Source: Botryllus schlosseri
Taxonomy: Eukaryota
NCBI GenBank assembly: GCA_051294905.1
Contig: CM119376.1
Location: 18,414,001 to 18,478,000 of the forward strand
Reading direction: 5' to 3'
Length of the DNA: 64,000 bases
The notes beneath the pieces are model-generated. The model saw only the letters and a program-made list of their open reading frames with translations, was not told the origin of the DNA and searched no databases. The translations under genes were made by a program, and so were the position numbers. Below, one piece after another: positions 55,101 to 64,000 of the stretch; position 1 is the stretch's first letter; every line of letters begins with the position of its first letter.

Positions 55101-58100
55101 ATTAAGAAAGAATGCGGTCGCGCCATTCCCAGACTCCGTATCAATTCAAATTGATAACAAACTAGACTTTTATAAACAAAAAATGTTCGAACACATTCGT
55201 CATGTACTCTGCCATGTCGTATGCTAGAAATGAACCTACGTAGAATTTAGAATATCTCACTACCAGCGAATTGATTAATACCTCCCTTACATTACGCAGT
55301 TGATACTCGTATAGACTATATATATTTATAGAAAATTGAGTATAAAAGGTTCAAAGATCTAGTTCCAGATGGCAAGACCTTTTATATTCCGGAACTATAT
55401 CGACTGATTCCTGACTGTAACGACGCGTAAATGGTATTAAATAAAGATGCAGTCTCATTATTAATTTATTAGGAGGGTTAGCTTCAAAGTGCATCGCGGC
55501 ATATATCTAAATACGGGCTATGGCAAATGGGAAAGTCAGGAGCCGGATTACGTTATGGTTAAAGTGATCTATCTCTCTGTCAGCTCACTGGCACATTTAC
55601 ATGATTACATCACATCCAGTAATATATACTATCTGGTCTGTTCATGATGAGTATTGTGGTACAGATAATAATTCCGGAGAGAATATGTTACTCAATTCGT
55701 ATCATGCGAAGAGCAAAACCATGTGTTGTGGAATATCAATTTACGGTGTGAAACCGGGAGACGCCTTCAACATTGGGCTCTTATGGAAGCTGGTGTCTTG
55801 TATCATAATGCTCGCCATTTTTACCAGTTAAGCGTTGTATTCTCATCAGCACCGAAACATCGTATGATAAAACGCAGGCCATCGGTCACAATACGATAAT
55901 GGGAATATTGATGTCATGACTTGACATTATGTCGGGTATATTTTCCATAGGCGTAGTTAGGAATCTAATTTGGAGGAGCACATCATAATTTGGACGGTAA
56001 TGAAGCAAACAGATTATTATCAACAATGATATGACGTCAAGGATTCGCTGATAGTGACCAAAGATGAAGATACAATGCACGGCCAAAAATTTAGGAGGGG
56101 CAAAATCGTTGATACTATCGCAGTTATTAAATACCAGTAGCTCTTGGGTCGTGAAGGGTATAAATTTGGGTCGCGTCCGCATCAGAACGTTTAGTATATA
56201 GGTTATATTTGCCTAATTATTTGTACTAAAATATATATATTTCAGAAAAATTTTCCGAGCTTCGCGAGAATTTATTTGTGTATCACTTATAAATTTCCAG
56301 ACCCGCCCGGTTAGGTGCTAGCCAATAAGCAGCACGAGGAGAAAATTTGTTACGACAATATGGCCTGATCATGAAAAGTCGTGCGTTACGAGAAATTTCA
56401 GTGACACATTCGGTGTTCTACATCTTCTCTGTCGTAACTCAAAACATACAAAATATATTTAATTCTTGACGCTTGTGTCGCAAGGCGTTAATACAACTCA
56501 GATTTGGGTCGCGTTTCAGAACCACTGTCATAGCCCAACGTAAACTAAACGTTATCGCATCTCATCCTGACTTCAGTAGCATGCAACACCTTTCTCGTTG
56601 TGTTTATATGAAATATAGTAGCATTTAATCGCGATGGAATGCCAAACATTAAGATGGCAGGTGGGACAGACGCGGCGACGACACTGAGACATTCCGACTA
56701 AGAACAGACGGGCGGACAGCGAGAGTCAAGATGCGACGGCCACACCGCAAAATCAGGGCGCACGACGATGATACCCATAGACAGACTGATGATGGTTGAG
56801 GGGAAAACAACGACGACTGTGGCCATGATTTCGAGACTTGTGAAGTTACCGATGCGCCTGCGCAGCAGCCACCGTTCTTCTTCTGTTGTGCAGCAGGCGT
56901 TTGAAAGAAAAATGTCACGTGATATCCAACGTGTGCCATTCTAATTTGAGGTTTCCCTCCATCCGTGTAATAGCTTGGGGAGCGATTTTTATATTTCCAA
57001 CCAACACAACATAATGTTACTAAATGACAGGTGCTGCGGGATCAAGCTTAGCTGAGATGCTAATTTTGATCGGATTAGTGCTCTAGCTTATAGGTGTGGT
57101 GTAAATTACCTATACCAACGTTGTCTAAAGTTTTTAACCTGTCCAATGACTGTAAATACCATTTGAAACCAGCCCGGCACAGTTTTGTTGATCAGCAATC
57201 CTGAAATGGTGTACTGTAGAGTTGCGGTGTCGAGCTAGCAACCCGAAGCATTGAAAGAGTTGATGTCAATCATTATAGGAAAGTCATTATCATATAAGTT
57301 TAGTACAAAACAAACGGCCGACCGTAACTTCCATATTCCGTTCATTCACAAAAATATTCGTCAGGTACACAACTACCGCGTTATAAGATGTTTCGGGCAA
57401 AATTAACAAACCTATACAATTGATCCCTTCGTCACAAAAAGTAACTAGTTGCATCTAATTGTGATACGACTGTTAATATATTGGTGCGAGAGTAATAACA
57501 ACCCAAGTCCCTCGCAAAATAGTACACGCGCGACACGATGTCCTAGAGTTAAAGTAAAATCGTTGCAGAAAAAAATATGTCAAGTATTTTCGCTTTGCAA
57601 TTTCCAATAAATAAACAACAGTTACTTCCTAGAGCAATATCACATTGAATGCTTGTTTAATGAAAGCTATCGCATACAAAGATACTTTACAGCATGAAAA
57701 GTGCTCTGCGTAAACAGTCAATATCAAAATTTCAAACTCGGGTCACAACTAGATGCGTGTAGTAGGCCGGACATAATATAACGTTGGAAAACTGAATTGA
57801 TTATATACGCCCTATGCATAAAGATCAAGTGACAGTCGCCGTCTTTTTTGTAGAAGGCCGAAATATTCTGACGCCACGGTTCGATCAATTCGTTCTGGAG
57901 CTCTAATGCGCGAAAACGCAACGTTTGCTTACCCGATGCAGTTCGCGATTAACTCGCACTGAATGCCATACATTGTCGCTGAACGTTCCTTCCACGGGTT
58001 CCAGCAGTACCGAGATAGATCCCGCCCCGAGATTGGCCATAAGCAAAACGCTGCCATCTTTGATGGAAAGTGTCACGTAATCAGAGGACATCCCTGTAAA

Positions 58101-61100
58101 TACATGAATTGGCTCTCACCAAAGCGAAGTACCGATGTAAGAGATGTTGACATTGATTTCAGATTTTCGACTGAATTTTGTCATTGATTAGTAGTTTCAC
58201 ATATTGCTATCTAGCATTTATCCTTTCTCAGCCCATCATGTGATCAGATTCACCGGTAGAGTTGATGGAGTGGGTGTTTTTAAAAATGTAGGGCAAGTTA
58301 TAAATGATGATGCATCTTCGGGTCAATTGTTATCAGTTACTTTGTTGCATGCTGTTATTTGTTAATCTCCCATCAGGATTGTCGGTATAATGGAAAATAT
58401 TGGAATCGCCGAAAACTACCTGAAACAATTTTTTTTCCGAGTTGATATAACAATACTTATAATAAGGAATGTGCTGGTATAAACTATTGTAGCAAAAGCG
58501 ATACCGCATAGCTGTAAATAAACAGATCGACAGTGGCGCAATTCCAGAACTGAAAGTGCTTTCGGACTAATGACGTTTGCGTTGCGTGTCGCAGCTGCGA
58601 ACGACCTTCCGTTATGTCTGGTTCCGACATTTTACGTAATTCATATAATAATCCATAACAGATGTTCCTAATGTTAATAACAGCATATGTCATCATCGAC
58701 CTCGCATCATACGAAACTAATTCGTACAGATATCGAATCATCAAAGATTTATCAATAATTCCCAACGATCAAGAACAAGGATTTTGTCACACAAGCACAC
58801 GGCGACATGAAATACAGATACAAGACAAGCACGTTGAAATAGTCGGAGGTTTTTCGTTTGCATCGTCGAATCCGTGCTCAAATTCTCAAATGCGGAGAAA
58901 TCTGGAGATCGGATCACAATATCTTCAATGTCCGTAAATTACTATTGATTCGATCACTTTGTACATGTAAGCTTCAAATTAAATAAATCTCACGTTGTTT
59001 TGCAATACCAGTACATCATAATATACCACATCATTTCAACTGTTGACGGCATCTCAATGCAAAAGTCGTTAGGGTGACAAGAATTTTTCGTGTTCTGATA
59101 TTGAATCGAGACAGAAAGACGGGATCCGGATTGAAAACGGAATGGGATAATCGCACGGGTCGATCGGACAGTGGACGTTGAAGCACATTTATTATACGCT
59201 CGAGAGCGCGCTTTTAACACCGGCAGTAAATTACGATTGCATCATCTATGATATAATCCAACGTTGACGTCAACGGATTTCTACCACGAATGGCATTTCT
59301 TTTATTATGTTCCCGTCGACAGACGGAACTCTTCTTTGATCTGCCAGCTTTGCGCGGCTTTTCAACGCAGGATGCTGTTTCGTTGAAGGTATCTGTGGGT
59401 GAATCCTTAGATACTATATAGACTGCGGTGAGAAGTGGGTTGGCGACACATGACGGAGTACATTAATTATTCATACGAGTCCATTTGCGTTGAAAACCAG
59501 AGTATTTAATGAGAATTTGAAAAATGGCACATCTTCGCGTCAACAAAAGGCAAACAAACACGGCCTAGGAAATTGATGCCCAAGACATACCAACATCATT
59601 CCTTTCCAAACTTCACTGACATTAGTCATTAAACTGTTGGGTTGCCTGAGAAACGCTCCACACCAAATTTGACACAATTCCGAACTGTAGCAGCGGTTCA
59701 ATTCCGATTTGAAATTTTGACCATTTAATATGTGGTAATAGTATTTGCGACGGCAAATTCATAGTCACTGCGAAATGATCAAAAGGCATGCCTAAAGAAA
59801 GAGTGATGGTTTTTCGATGCTGGAAAGTAATACATGCGATAGAGTTTGGATAAAAACATTGCTAATCAAAGAAAAAAAAATACAACGCTGATTCGTTGAG
59901 AATTAGTCAACTTCATTGAGATAGCCTCGTTAAAAGGATGGTGACATAGTTCGAAAATAAAATACGTTTCACGTTGATGTCGGCGACTACGAAGAGGAAA
60001 TACACTGGAAAACAGGTGAAATACAAGAAAATATATTTTCCAAGTGTTCGCCAATATCTGGAAGTATCTTCTGTTGCGCGAATGTATACATTGTATATGC
60101 ATAGATCAGCATATATATTGATTTCACCAAATCAGAACGGAACTTACGGCTGTTTTCTTCGTAATACATTATGTTAGGAAATTTTCTTTTCGGGACTCCT
60201 GCGGAAGAGTTGGTTTACTCCCCCAGCAAGCGAATTACTGCTTACGAAACATTATTGTCGAGGTGTCACATCATCACCCAGACATTTATATACGGGGAAA
60301 TATTGGACGAGCTAATAGAATCACACCAATTAAGTGACGTCACAAATTTATTCTGGCGTAATAAATGCAAATAACGTCACGAATCCTCCAAATCCAAAAT
60401 TCGACAGGAATGAGTGCATCGTTTTGCATACATGCCGAGACATGAGTTCAGTAAAAATCGAAACGCAATTGTCAACTCTAGGATTTTCTATCTCGTCCCA
60501 AATCGACTGTCAACACGTTGACGGCGTGTCAATACGCATAAAGACACGGTATTATATGAGTATGTATAATTGTATATTGAACAGGTCAGCAAACTAGGAT
60601 GCCTCACTTCCCTTGAAACATATGGATTACGACATATACATAGGTCATAGGCAATACTAGGGTTACCATACGTCCTTCTTTAGGAGGATTTGTCCTCCTT
60701 TTTCAGGTTTTCGAAAATGTTCTGCGAGGACGCCTAAATGTCCTCCATTTTGGCAATTCGTCCTCCTTTAGAGCTTTTAGAGCTAAGATAGTGGATAGAT
60801 TCGAGTGAAAATGGGCATAAATAACGCTAAATAGAAAATTCGTGGTTCGAACGAAAGTGACGACCTTCCTTTTTTAGTCAACCAACGTAAAAAGTGAAAG
60901 AAAAACTGCTTTTTCCGGATTTTACTCCAGCATTCGAAGTCTGAAAATTTTGAAAAAGTGTTCTTCTTTCCCGATTCCAAAATATGGTAACCCTACTATA
61001 TACGCTACGGCTACACAATCCCGCAATGGTTATTTCGCCAATATAAAAGTTATTACTATATAACAGACGATAGTGCGTCACAAATGTTCACGGTGTTGTG

Positions 61101-63572
61101 TTTTATCACGCATCATATTGCTTGGTAATGGATGCGAGTCGCAAAAGTGTTATTACGGAATGTATTTCGGTAATCAATTTCTTATCCGTTATTCGCATTA
61201 TTGCCTGTTAATTACAACCGGGAATTCCCTCGGGAGATGAAGGCAATGCAAATCCCGGCGCCAGACGTTGATAAAGTGGCGAGAGTAATGTGAACAGAAA
61301 ATGAAAATCGACAACTGATGGCAACTCATAGGGAGCGTTATCGCTCCCAGTTGACAAATGTAAAGAGGAACGTATCCTCCGTTATCGATTCGGTATCGCT
61401 CGGGTATAGTGAGTCTCTCTCTACATGGCAGTTGGAACATGTCGTGAATGTGTGAATAAAATCGGTCAATAGATTTCGGTCGTGGTAAATCTGCGTGAGG
61501 TTATAGTGCACATATGTTATGTAACAAATAATACAGATTGACCGACTGCAATTATATTTCTTCAAATCGAACTTTCTCTCCACACTCACTTGCTTTCATA
61601 ACTTGCATCGCGCACCATCCACCGGGACTATATAAGAAAAGTTGTTAAGCATTCCTAGTATAGGGTTGCATTCAAAACATTAGTGTGTTTTAAAAACATG
61701 TTTTTAAGCGGTGTTTTTAAAAAATGCCTTTTAAATAAAATTGTGTTTTTTCAAACGTTGTATAATTATGCCATAATTGGGTAAATACTTTCGAAAAAGC
61801 ATGTAGTAAGAGCCTACGGACGATTTGCACCCAATATAGTCGACGTATACGATGTGGAGTGGAGTGGCTGGAACCCTCAAAATCGCCGTCGATTCAACGG
61901 TTATGGCACGTAAATATAGATCAGTGGTTCCCAACGTGGGCGATATCACACGGGGCGAAAATACCAAATGGGCGATTGGGAGGCGATAGGGGGAGAAAAT
62001 GTTAGAACTTCAAGTGAGATATATTTAATTAACACTGCCAAAAATGCATTTGAAGGCAGTTTATTCTGCATATGACGCGAGAGTTGACTAAAAAGCGGTC
62101 AATACAGAAACCGGTTTTCCTTGCGCCTATTCGGAAAACGACTATTTTATTCAAATCACCAGCGATCAGAGTTAGTGAATAATTTTCCCGTTTACATGTC
62201 CTCTTTTTCGGATCCGCGAATATGGGGGGGGGCTGAAATTTGTGTGTAGCTTGATAAGGGGGTGATGAATCGAAAAAGGTTGGAAACCACTGATATGGAT
62301 CATTGGTACGGAATGGGTGTTTTGATGATGATGATCGCCGACCGTAAAAATGCTTCATAACGATGTAGTCCCGGTCAAAGATATTTTTAATGTGTTTATG
62401 ACAGCGGTTGGATGACTTTTTCGTCGAAATATCAATATTTACCCTATGTAGTTTCTATTGTCCGGTGTGACGTCACAATCAAGGATTCATGGCGTCAAGA
62501 CTAAAAAATGCTTTAAACAAAGGCCATATTTTAAACATGTTTGTTTTAAATTGATTTTTGTTTCAAGTGTAACCATACTACCAAGCATCCTTATAATACG
62601 CAGTATACATATGCATTGCAATGTTGCAACGTGCACCTTGAACAATGAACATTGAACAATCTGCAGGCCGAGACGTGACTTTTTCGAATTTAAAGTTACA
62701 TGCTTTTAATCAATTTTTACTGATTTTACATTTTAGGTTTAGACCTGGACAATTCTTCGCTTCACGTTACGTTCATTACGAGAGAAATCTGTCCATTAGC
62801 GCTATGTCCGTGAGAACTGAGAACAGAAGTCATGGGGTCTCATTGATCTAAATAACCGCCGCCTACATGTTTATCGGAAAGCTCTCTATCGGATATAATC
62901 TGATAGATGTGAAAAAGAAATTTGGCGTTCGTAAATCCTTCTCTGGCAAGAATAGAGGGAGACATATTGATGGAGTTCTCTCGCCAAAATATAGGTCTTT
63001 GGTCAGATTACAGGAATACATAATGATTGAGTTACCATGTATTATCGCAGACGAAAGTGAACAATATTTTGGTTCGATCGATTCCGAAGAGAGTGGGCGG
63101 ATCCCGCCCGCCAATGAAATTATTAGGCTAGCATAAAGTCACCTTAAAAATATCGCAACTAAAACTCATAGGAGCTCAAGAATGCATGGCTCTCATGCAT
63201 CACTCACGGCGAGTTTCGCGTCCCATAGTTTGAAAACTGATGCGCTGATCGTATATACTACAGCAAACGGAAGAAGTACAAGGAACTCAAAGTATGATTG
63301 ATATTCGCATTGCAATTGAGACCCCCGTGGAACTGGAGCTGATCGCAATCACATATACACACAAACACGCTCATGAAATGGTGAAACGGTCAAAAATAAT
63401 TAGGATGCATTCATGCATGACATTATCCACTGACCCGTGTGTAAAATCAGCCCGTTGCTCCGTCTTGTCTTGAATGATAGCGATATCGTGTCGCGAAGGC
63501 TTTGTATTTGCTCATCATTCAGGCTGTACTCAAGTCTGCCGTTTCCGCTGAATGTTTCGGAATTATCGAAAC
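1068..63572 (-). CDS. NRXN: alpha-neurexin gene, 5'-partial (LNS2 to C-terminus, 22 core exons in window)
   Basis: Hand-spliced exons join in one frame with compatible phases. They encode five laminin-G (LNS) domains, two EGF repeats, a Thr/Ser stalk, a Cys loop, a TM helix and the C-terminus DQEYYV, collinear with vertebrate alpha-neurexins as recalled. Confidence 0.96.
1633..1736 (-). CDS. NRXN: candidate alternative acceptor giving a second hydrophobic tail ([34 protein letters not shown])
   Basis: atctcag| after pyrimidine-rich sequence, phase 1 entry, hydrophobic run [14 protein letters not shown] near the stop. Confidence 0.5.
2024..2029 (-). terminator. putative polyadenylation signal for the 2320-2432 exon
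   Basis: AATAAA on the minus strand about 290 nt downstream of the stop; the motif is common in AT-rich DNA. Confidence 0.3.
2320..2432 (-). CDS. NRXN: candidate alternative terminal exon with GPI-signal-like tail ([37 protein letters not shown])
   Basis: Very long polypyrimidine tract ending ccctcag, phase 1 entry, small-residue site SGN, spacer, 15-aa hydrophobic tail, stop; AATAAA at 2024-2029. Confidence 0.6.
3221..3263 (-). CDS. NRXN: neurexin exon u (acidic cysteine loop)
   Basis: ttttgaccgtttag|..|gtgagt, 43 nt, phase 0/1; [14 protein letters not shown], equivalent to the vertebrate VASAECPSDDEDIDPC exon. Confidence 0.88.
3329..3468 (-). CDS. NRXN: neurexin exon t (end of LNS6 and Thr/Ser-rich stalk)
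   Basis: cgtgcag|..|gtgagt, 140 nt, phase 1/0; [32 protein letters not shown]. Confidence 0.92.
3530..3682 (-). CDS. NRXN: neurexin exon s (LNS6, after the SS4 position)
   Basis: aatttag|..|gtctgt, 153 nt, phase 1/1; [28 protein letters not shown]. Confidence 0.9.
4648..5642. mobile_element. non-autonomous TIR element (TAGGG terminus, hAT-like), 995 bp
   Basis: Imperfect TIRs tagggatggtgtgaa / ttcacaccatctcca, subterminal GAAC(G)TGAAC repeats, flanking direct repeat GTTGAG (6 bp). Confidence 0.75.
5982..6766 (+). pseudogene. tRNA-Ala-AGC: tRNA-Ala(AGC) gene split by an insertion (5' part 5982-6032, 3' part 6736-6766)
   Basis: Removing the insert and one repeat copy gives the 73-nt GGGGATGTAGCTCAGATGGTAGAGCGCGCGCTTAGCATGTGCGAGGTACCGGGATCGATGCCCGGCATCTCCA, with a complete cloverleaf, AGC anticodon, and A and B boxes. 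Confidence 0.95.
6033..6735 (+). mobile_element. 703-bp unclassified insertion in tRNA-Ala with a 9-bp duplication (GAGGTACCG)
   Basis: Identical GAGGTACCG at 6024-6032 and 6736-6744; no TIRs; ends AATAAACCACTAAAA; poly-C tracts at its 5' end. Confidence 0.85.
8405..8573 (-). CDS. NRXN: neurexin exon r (LNS6)
   Basis: ttttgcag|..|gtatcc, 169 nt, phase 0/1; [39 protein letters not shown]. Confidence 0.95.
9342..9526 (-). CDS. NRXN: neurexin exon q (start of LNS6)
   Basis: gattag|..|gtgagt, 185 nt, phase 1/0; [37 protein letters not shown]. Confidence 0.95.
11279..11398 (-). CDS. NRXN: neurexin exon p (EGF3)
   Basis: ttgacag|..|gtatgg, 120 nt, phase 1/1; [33 protein letters not shown]. Confidence 0.96.
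11471..11650 (-). CDS. NRXN: neurexin exon o (LNS5)
   Basis: ttgtag|..|gtgagc, 180 nt, phase 1/1; [27 protein letters not shown]. Confidence 0.95.
11842..12120. mobile_element. hAT (Charlie/Buster-like) MITE, 279 bp
   Basis: TIR (c/t)agtggttctcaaact; related copy at 37828-38110; degenerate TSD. Confidence 0.85.
12624..12923 (-). mobile_element. tRNA-derived SINE copy
   Basis: Head GGCGAGATAACGTAGTGG (A box) ..GGTTCGAGTCC (B box), shared body, CAA-rich tail; inverted homologue at 40532-40790. Confidence 0.8.
13081..13112. repeat. (AC)16 microsatellite
   Basis: Direct reading. Confidence 0.95.
13197..13350 (-). CDS. NRXN: neurexin exon n (LNS5)
   Basis: gttcag|..|gtatgt, 154 nt, phase 0/1; [27 protein letters not shown]. 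Confidence 0.93.
13410..13554 (-). CDS. NRXN: neurexin exon m (LNS5); NAGNAG acceptor, alternative start 13557
   Basis: ttgcagcag|..|gtactt, 145 nt, phase 2/0; [43 protein letters not shown]. Confidence 0.93.
13620..13748 (-). CDS. NRXN: neurexin exon l (LNS4/LNS5 junction)
   Basis: ttaacag|..|gtcggg (weak donor), 129 nt, phase 2/2; [34 protein letters not shown]. Confidence 0.88.
14241..14397 (-). CDS. NRXN: neurexin exon k (LNS4)
   Basis: gttcag|..|gtgatg, 157 nt, phase 1/2; [35 protein letters not shown]. Confidence 0.9.
14534..14656 (-). CDS. NRXN: neurexin exon j (LNS4)
   Basis: cttttag|..|gtaagg, 123 nt, phase 1/1; [35 protein letters not shown]. Confidence 0.95.
15343..15568. mobile_element. 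TAGGG-terminated MITE, 226 bp
   Basis: TIR tagggttgcg(c/t)ttaaa at both ends; no clear TSD. Confidence 0.65.
16160..16195 (-). CDS. NRXN: 36-nt SS3 alternative microexon ([12 protein letters not shown])
   Basis: catttcag|..|gtaagt, phase 1/1; same position and C-x4-C pattern as vertebrate SS3 DCIRINCNSS. Confidence 0.88.
17425..17628 (-). CDS. NRXN: neurexin exon i (LNS4)
   Basis: ctcacag|..|gtaagc, 204 nt, phase 1/1; ..[30 protein letters not shown]. Confidence 0.95.
18949..19126 (-). CDS. NRXN: neurexin exon h (EGF2)
   Basis: ctttcaag|..|gtataa, 178 nt, phase 0/1; ..[44 protein letters not shown]. Confidence 0.92.
19188..19744. mobile_element. TAGGGTTGCA MITE, 557 bp
   Basis: TIR tagggttgcatttaaaaca; inverted homologue at 61661-62577. 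Confidence 0.85.
25008..25016 (-). CDS. NRXN: candidate 9-nt microexon (SAA)
   Basis: gtgtttcag|tctgctgcg|gtgagt, phase 0/0, several TGC motifs upstream of the acceptor. Confidence 0.4.
26678..27950. mobile_element. CAGAGG hAT-type non-autonomous element, about 1.27 kb
   Basis: Left TIR cagaggtggtca, CTACTT-rich subterminal repeats, collinear with 33310-34658. Confidence 0.85.
28634..28807 (-). CDS. NRXN: neurexin exon g (LNS3)
   Basis: taacag|..|gtgagc, 174 nt, phase 0/0; [43 protein letters not shown] (not in the ORF track). Confidence 0.93.
28870..28989 (-). CDS. NRXN: neurexin exon f (LNS3)
   Basis: gataag|..|gtgagg, 120 nt, phase 0/0; [20 protein letters not shown]..; the acceptor is AAG-type, so the start is less certain. 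Confidence 0.85.
29685..29798 (-). CDS. NRXN: neurexin exon e (LNS3)
   Basis: ttgcag|..|gtacgt, 114 nt, phase 0/0; [28 protein letters not shown].. Confidence 0.9.
31609..31923. mobile_element. short deletion derivative of the CAGAGG element, opposite orientation
   Basis: Both termini match those of the 26678 and 33310 copies in reverse. Confidence 0.75.
33310..34658. mobile_element. CAGAGG hAT-type element nested in 32389-35259
   Basis: TIR cagaggtggtca; TSD ctagccac / ctggccac. Confidence 0.9.
33688..33723. mobile_element. 36-bp mini TIR element
   Basis: 13-bp TIR cagggatatctag, TSD cgttcaca / agttcaca; absent from the paralogous copy near 27055. Confidence 0.8.
36107..36325 (-). CDS. 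NRXN: neurexin exon d (end of LNS2, start of LNS3)
   Basis: ttccag|..|gtgagt, 219 nt, phase 0/0; [41 protein letters not shown]. Confidence 0.95.
37828..38110. mobile_element. hAT MITE, 283 bp (same family as 11842-12120)
   Basis: TIR cagtggttttcaaa; TSD ctttaggg / ctataggg. Confidence 0.85.
40532..40790 (+). mobile_element. tRNA-derived SINE copy
   Basis: GGCGAGATAGCATAGTGG head; body is the reverse complement of 12624-12923. Confidence 0.8.
40897..41736. mobile_element. TAGGGCGAT hAT-type element, 840 bp
   Basis: TIR tagggcgat; perfect 8-bp TSD ataataac. Confidence 0.9.
42152..43369. mobile_element. hAT (Charlie-like) non-autonomous element, 1218 bp
   Basis: TIR cag(c/g)ggtc(a/g)g..acc, tatggctc subterminal repeats, perfect TSD gtatatag. 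Confidence 0.9.
44601..45263. mobile_element. palindromic (foldback) hAT-type MITE, 663 bp
   Basis: 314-bp near-identical inverted arms (44601-44914 / 44950-45263), 35-bp loop, TAGGG ends, perfect TSD atgcatat. Confidence 0.93.
45596..47383 (+). mobile_element. decayed hAT transposon, 1788 bp, with transposase remnant
   Basis: TIR ta(a/g)ggt(c/t)atgactagaaaaaaa, perfect TSD gtgtacaa; 46093-46200 reads [20 protein letters not shown], resembling a hAT CxxH region as recalled. Confidence 0.8.
51660..51860. repeat. SINE 3' fragment abutting the left end of a TAGGGTTACC MITE (51759)
   Basis: cttacaccaggcc..tagcacggctcac matches the SINE body; tagggttaccatatg.. matches 60658. Confidence 0.6.
52102..52263 (-). 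CDS. NRXN: neurexin exon c (LNS2)
   Basis: ggcag|..|gtaagt, 162 nt, phase 0/0; [34 protein letters not shown]. Confidence 0.95.
56850..56882 (-). CDS. NRXN: candidate 33-nt alternative microexon at SS2 position ([11 protein letters not shown])
   Basis: ttttctttc..tgctgcacaacag|..|gtaact, phase 0/0, in the intron equivalent to vertebrate SS2. Confidence 0.5.
57933..58093 (-). CDS. NRXN: neurexin exon b (LNS2)
   Basis: tttacag|..|gtaagc, 161 nt, phase 1/0; [41 protein letters not shown]. Confidence 0.95.
60658..60995. mobile_element. TAGGGTTACC MITE, 338 bp
   Basis: 13-bp perfect TIR tagggttaccata; no clear TSD. Confidence 0.8.
61661..62577. mobile_element. TAGGGTTGCA MITE (inverted relative to 19188) carrying a nested MITE
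   Basis: Collinear reverse complement of 19188-19744 apart from the insert. Confidence 0.85.
61922..62292. mobile_element. nested hAT MITE, 371 bp
   Basis: TIR cagtggtt(c/t)ccaac, TSD atatagat / atatggat; a single atatagat at the empty site in the 19188 copy. Confidence 0.88.
63435..63572 (-). CDS. NRXN: neurexin exon a (start of LNS2)
   Basis: cacgaag|..|gtcagt, 138 nt, phase 1/1; [46 protein letters not shown]. Confidence 0.9.
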
Positions 63573-64000
63573 CTTCGTGAAAGAACGTAGAATTGAGTTA
63601 TCTATATAGACAAGGATATAATTTTAGAGTTCAAAGTCACCGAAACCCGCTACAAAAAATTGACGGAACAAGTTCAATGTGGAATACCTAATGTAACATG
63701 CATGGTGCAGCTACCGGTGGAAATTTGATCTGAAATCAGACCAGATGGGAAGATATGCTTGTATATGATATGCATTTGTACAGCGAGGACTTGGCATTTT
63801 AGTGTTCAGCAGTCACGATATCATGTAAATTAGGCTGGCCATATAATAGATCGCGATAGTAAACATTGCATCCCGAAATAGACAGATATACGATGGCACG
63901 GTTCCAAGTTACATTGTCAAATAGCAACATACTCGAGGTGATGCGCTACAATGGCAGCGTATAGGTAGGTCCACAAATACCGCAGCAATATTTGCACCGA

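Noticed and set aside
62863-63136. Overlapping 83- and 89-aa ORFs
   Set aside because: No motif recognised; possibly a decayed repeat
1-64000. CRISPR arrays, operons, rRNA, prokaryotic systems
   Set aside because: None seen; the window is an intron-rich eukaryotic gene, and most short ORFs in the track are non-coding noise

Overview
Eukaryotic, AT-rich genomic DNA from an invertebrate animal. The protein sequence, the 59-72 nt mini-introns and the repeat landscape suggest an invertebrate chordate such as an ascidian, but this cannot be proven from the window. Nearly the whole window is the 3' part of one alpha-neurexin gene on the minus strand. I reconstructed 22 core exons by hand with consistent GT-AG boundaries and intron phases: LNS2-LNS3-EGF2-LNS4-LNS5-EGF3-LNS6-stalk-Cys loop-TM-cytoplasmic tail ending in the PDZ-binding motif EYYV. 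The 5' exons lie beyond position 64000. Main highlights: (1) a tRNA-Ala(AGC) gene split by a 703-bp insertion with a perfect 9-bp duplication and no TIRs, a candidate tRNA-targeting mobile element; (2) a cluster of alternative phase-1 acceptors before the TM exon that give short hydrophobic, GPI-signal-like or secreted C-termini, resembling vertebrate NRXN3 SS5; (3) a clear SS3 microexon plus candidate microexons at SS2 and at an unreported site; (4) a possible beta-neurexin-like N-terminus. The introns are packed with hAT-type non-autonomous elements (including a four-layer nest, a 36-bp mini-element and a 663-bp palindrome) and a tRNA-derived SINE family. All isoform calls are sequence-based predictions without transcript evidence.
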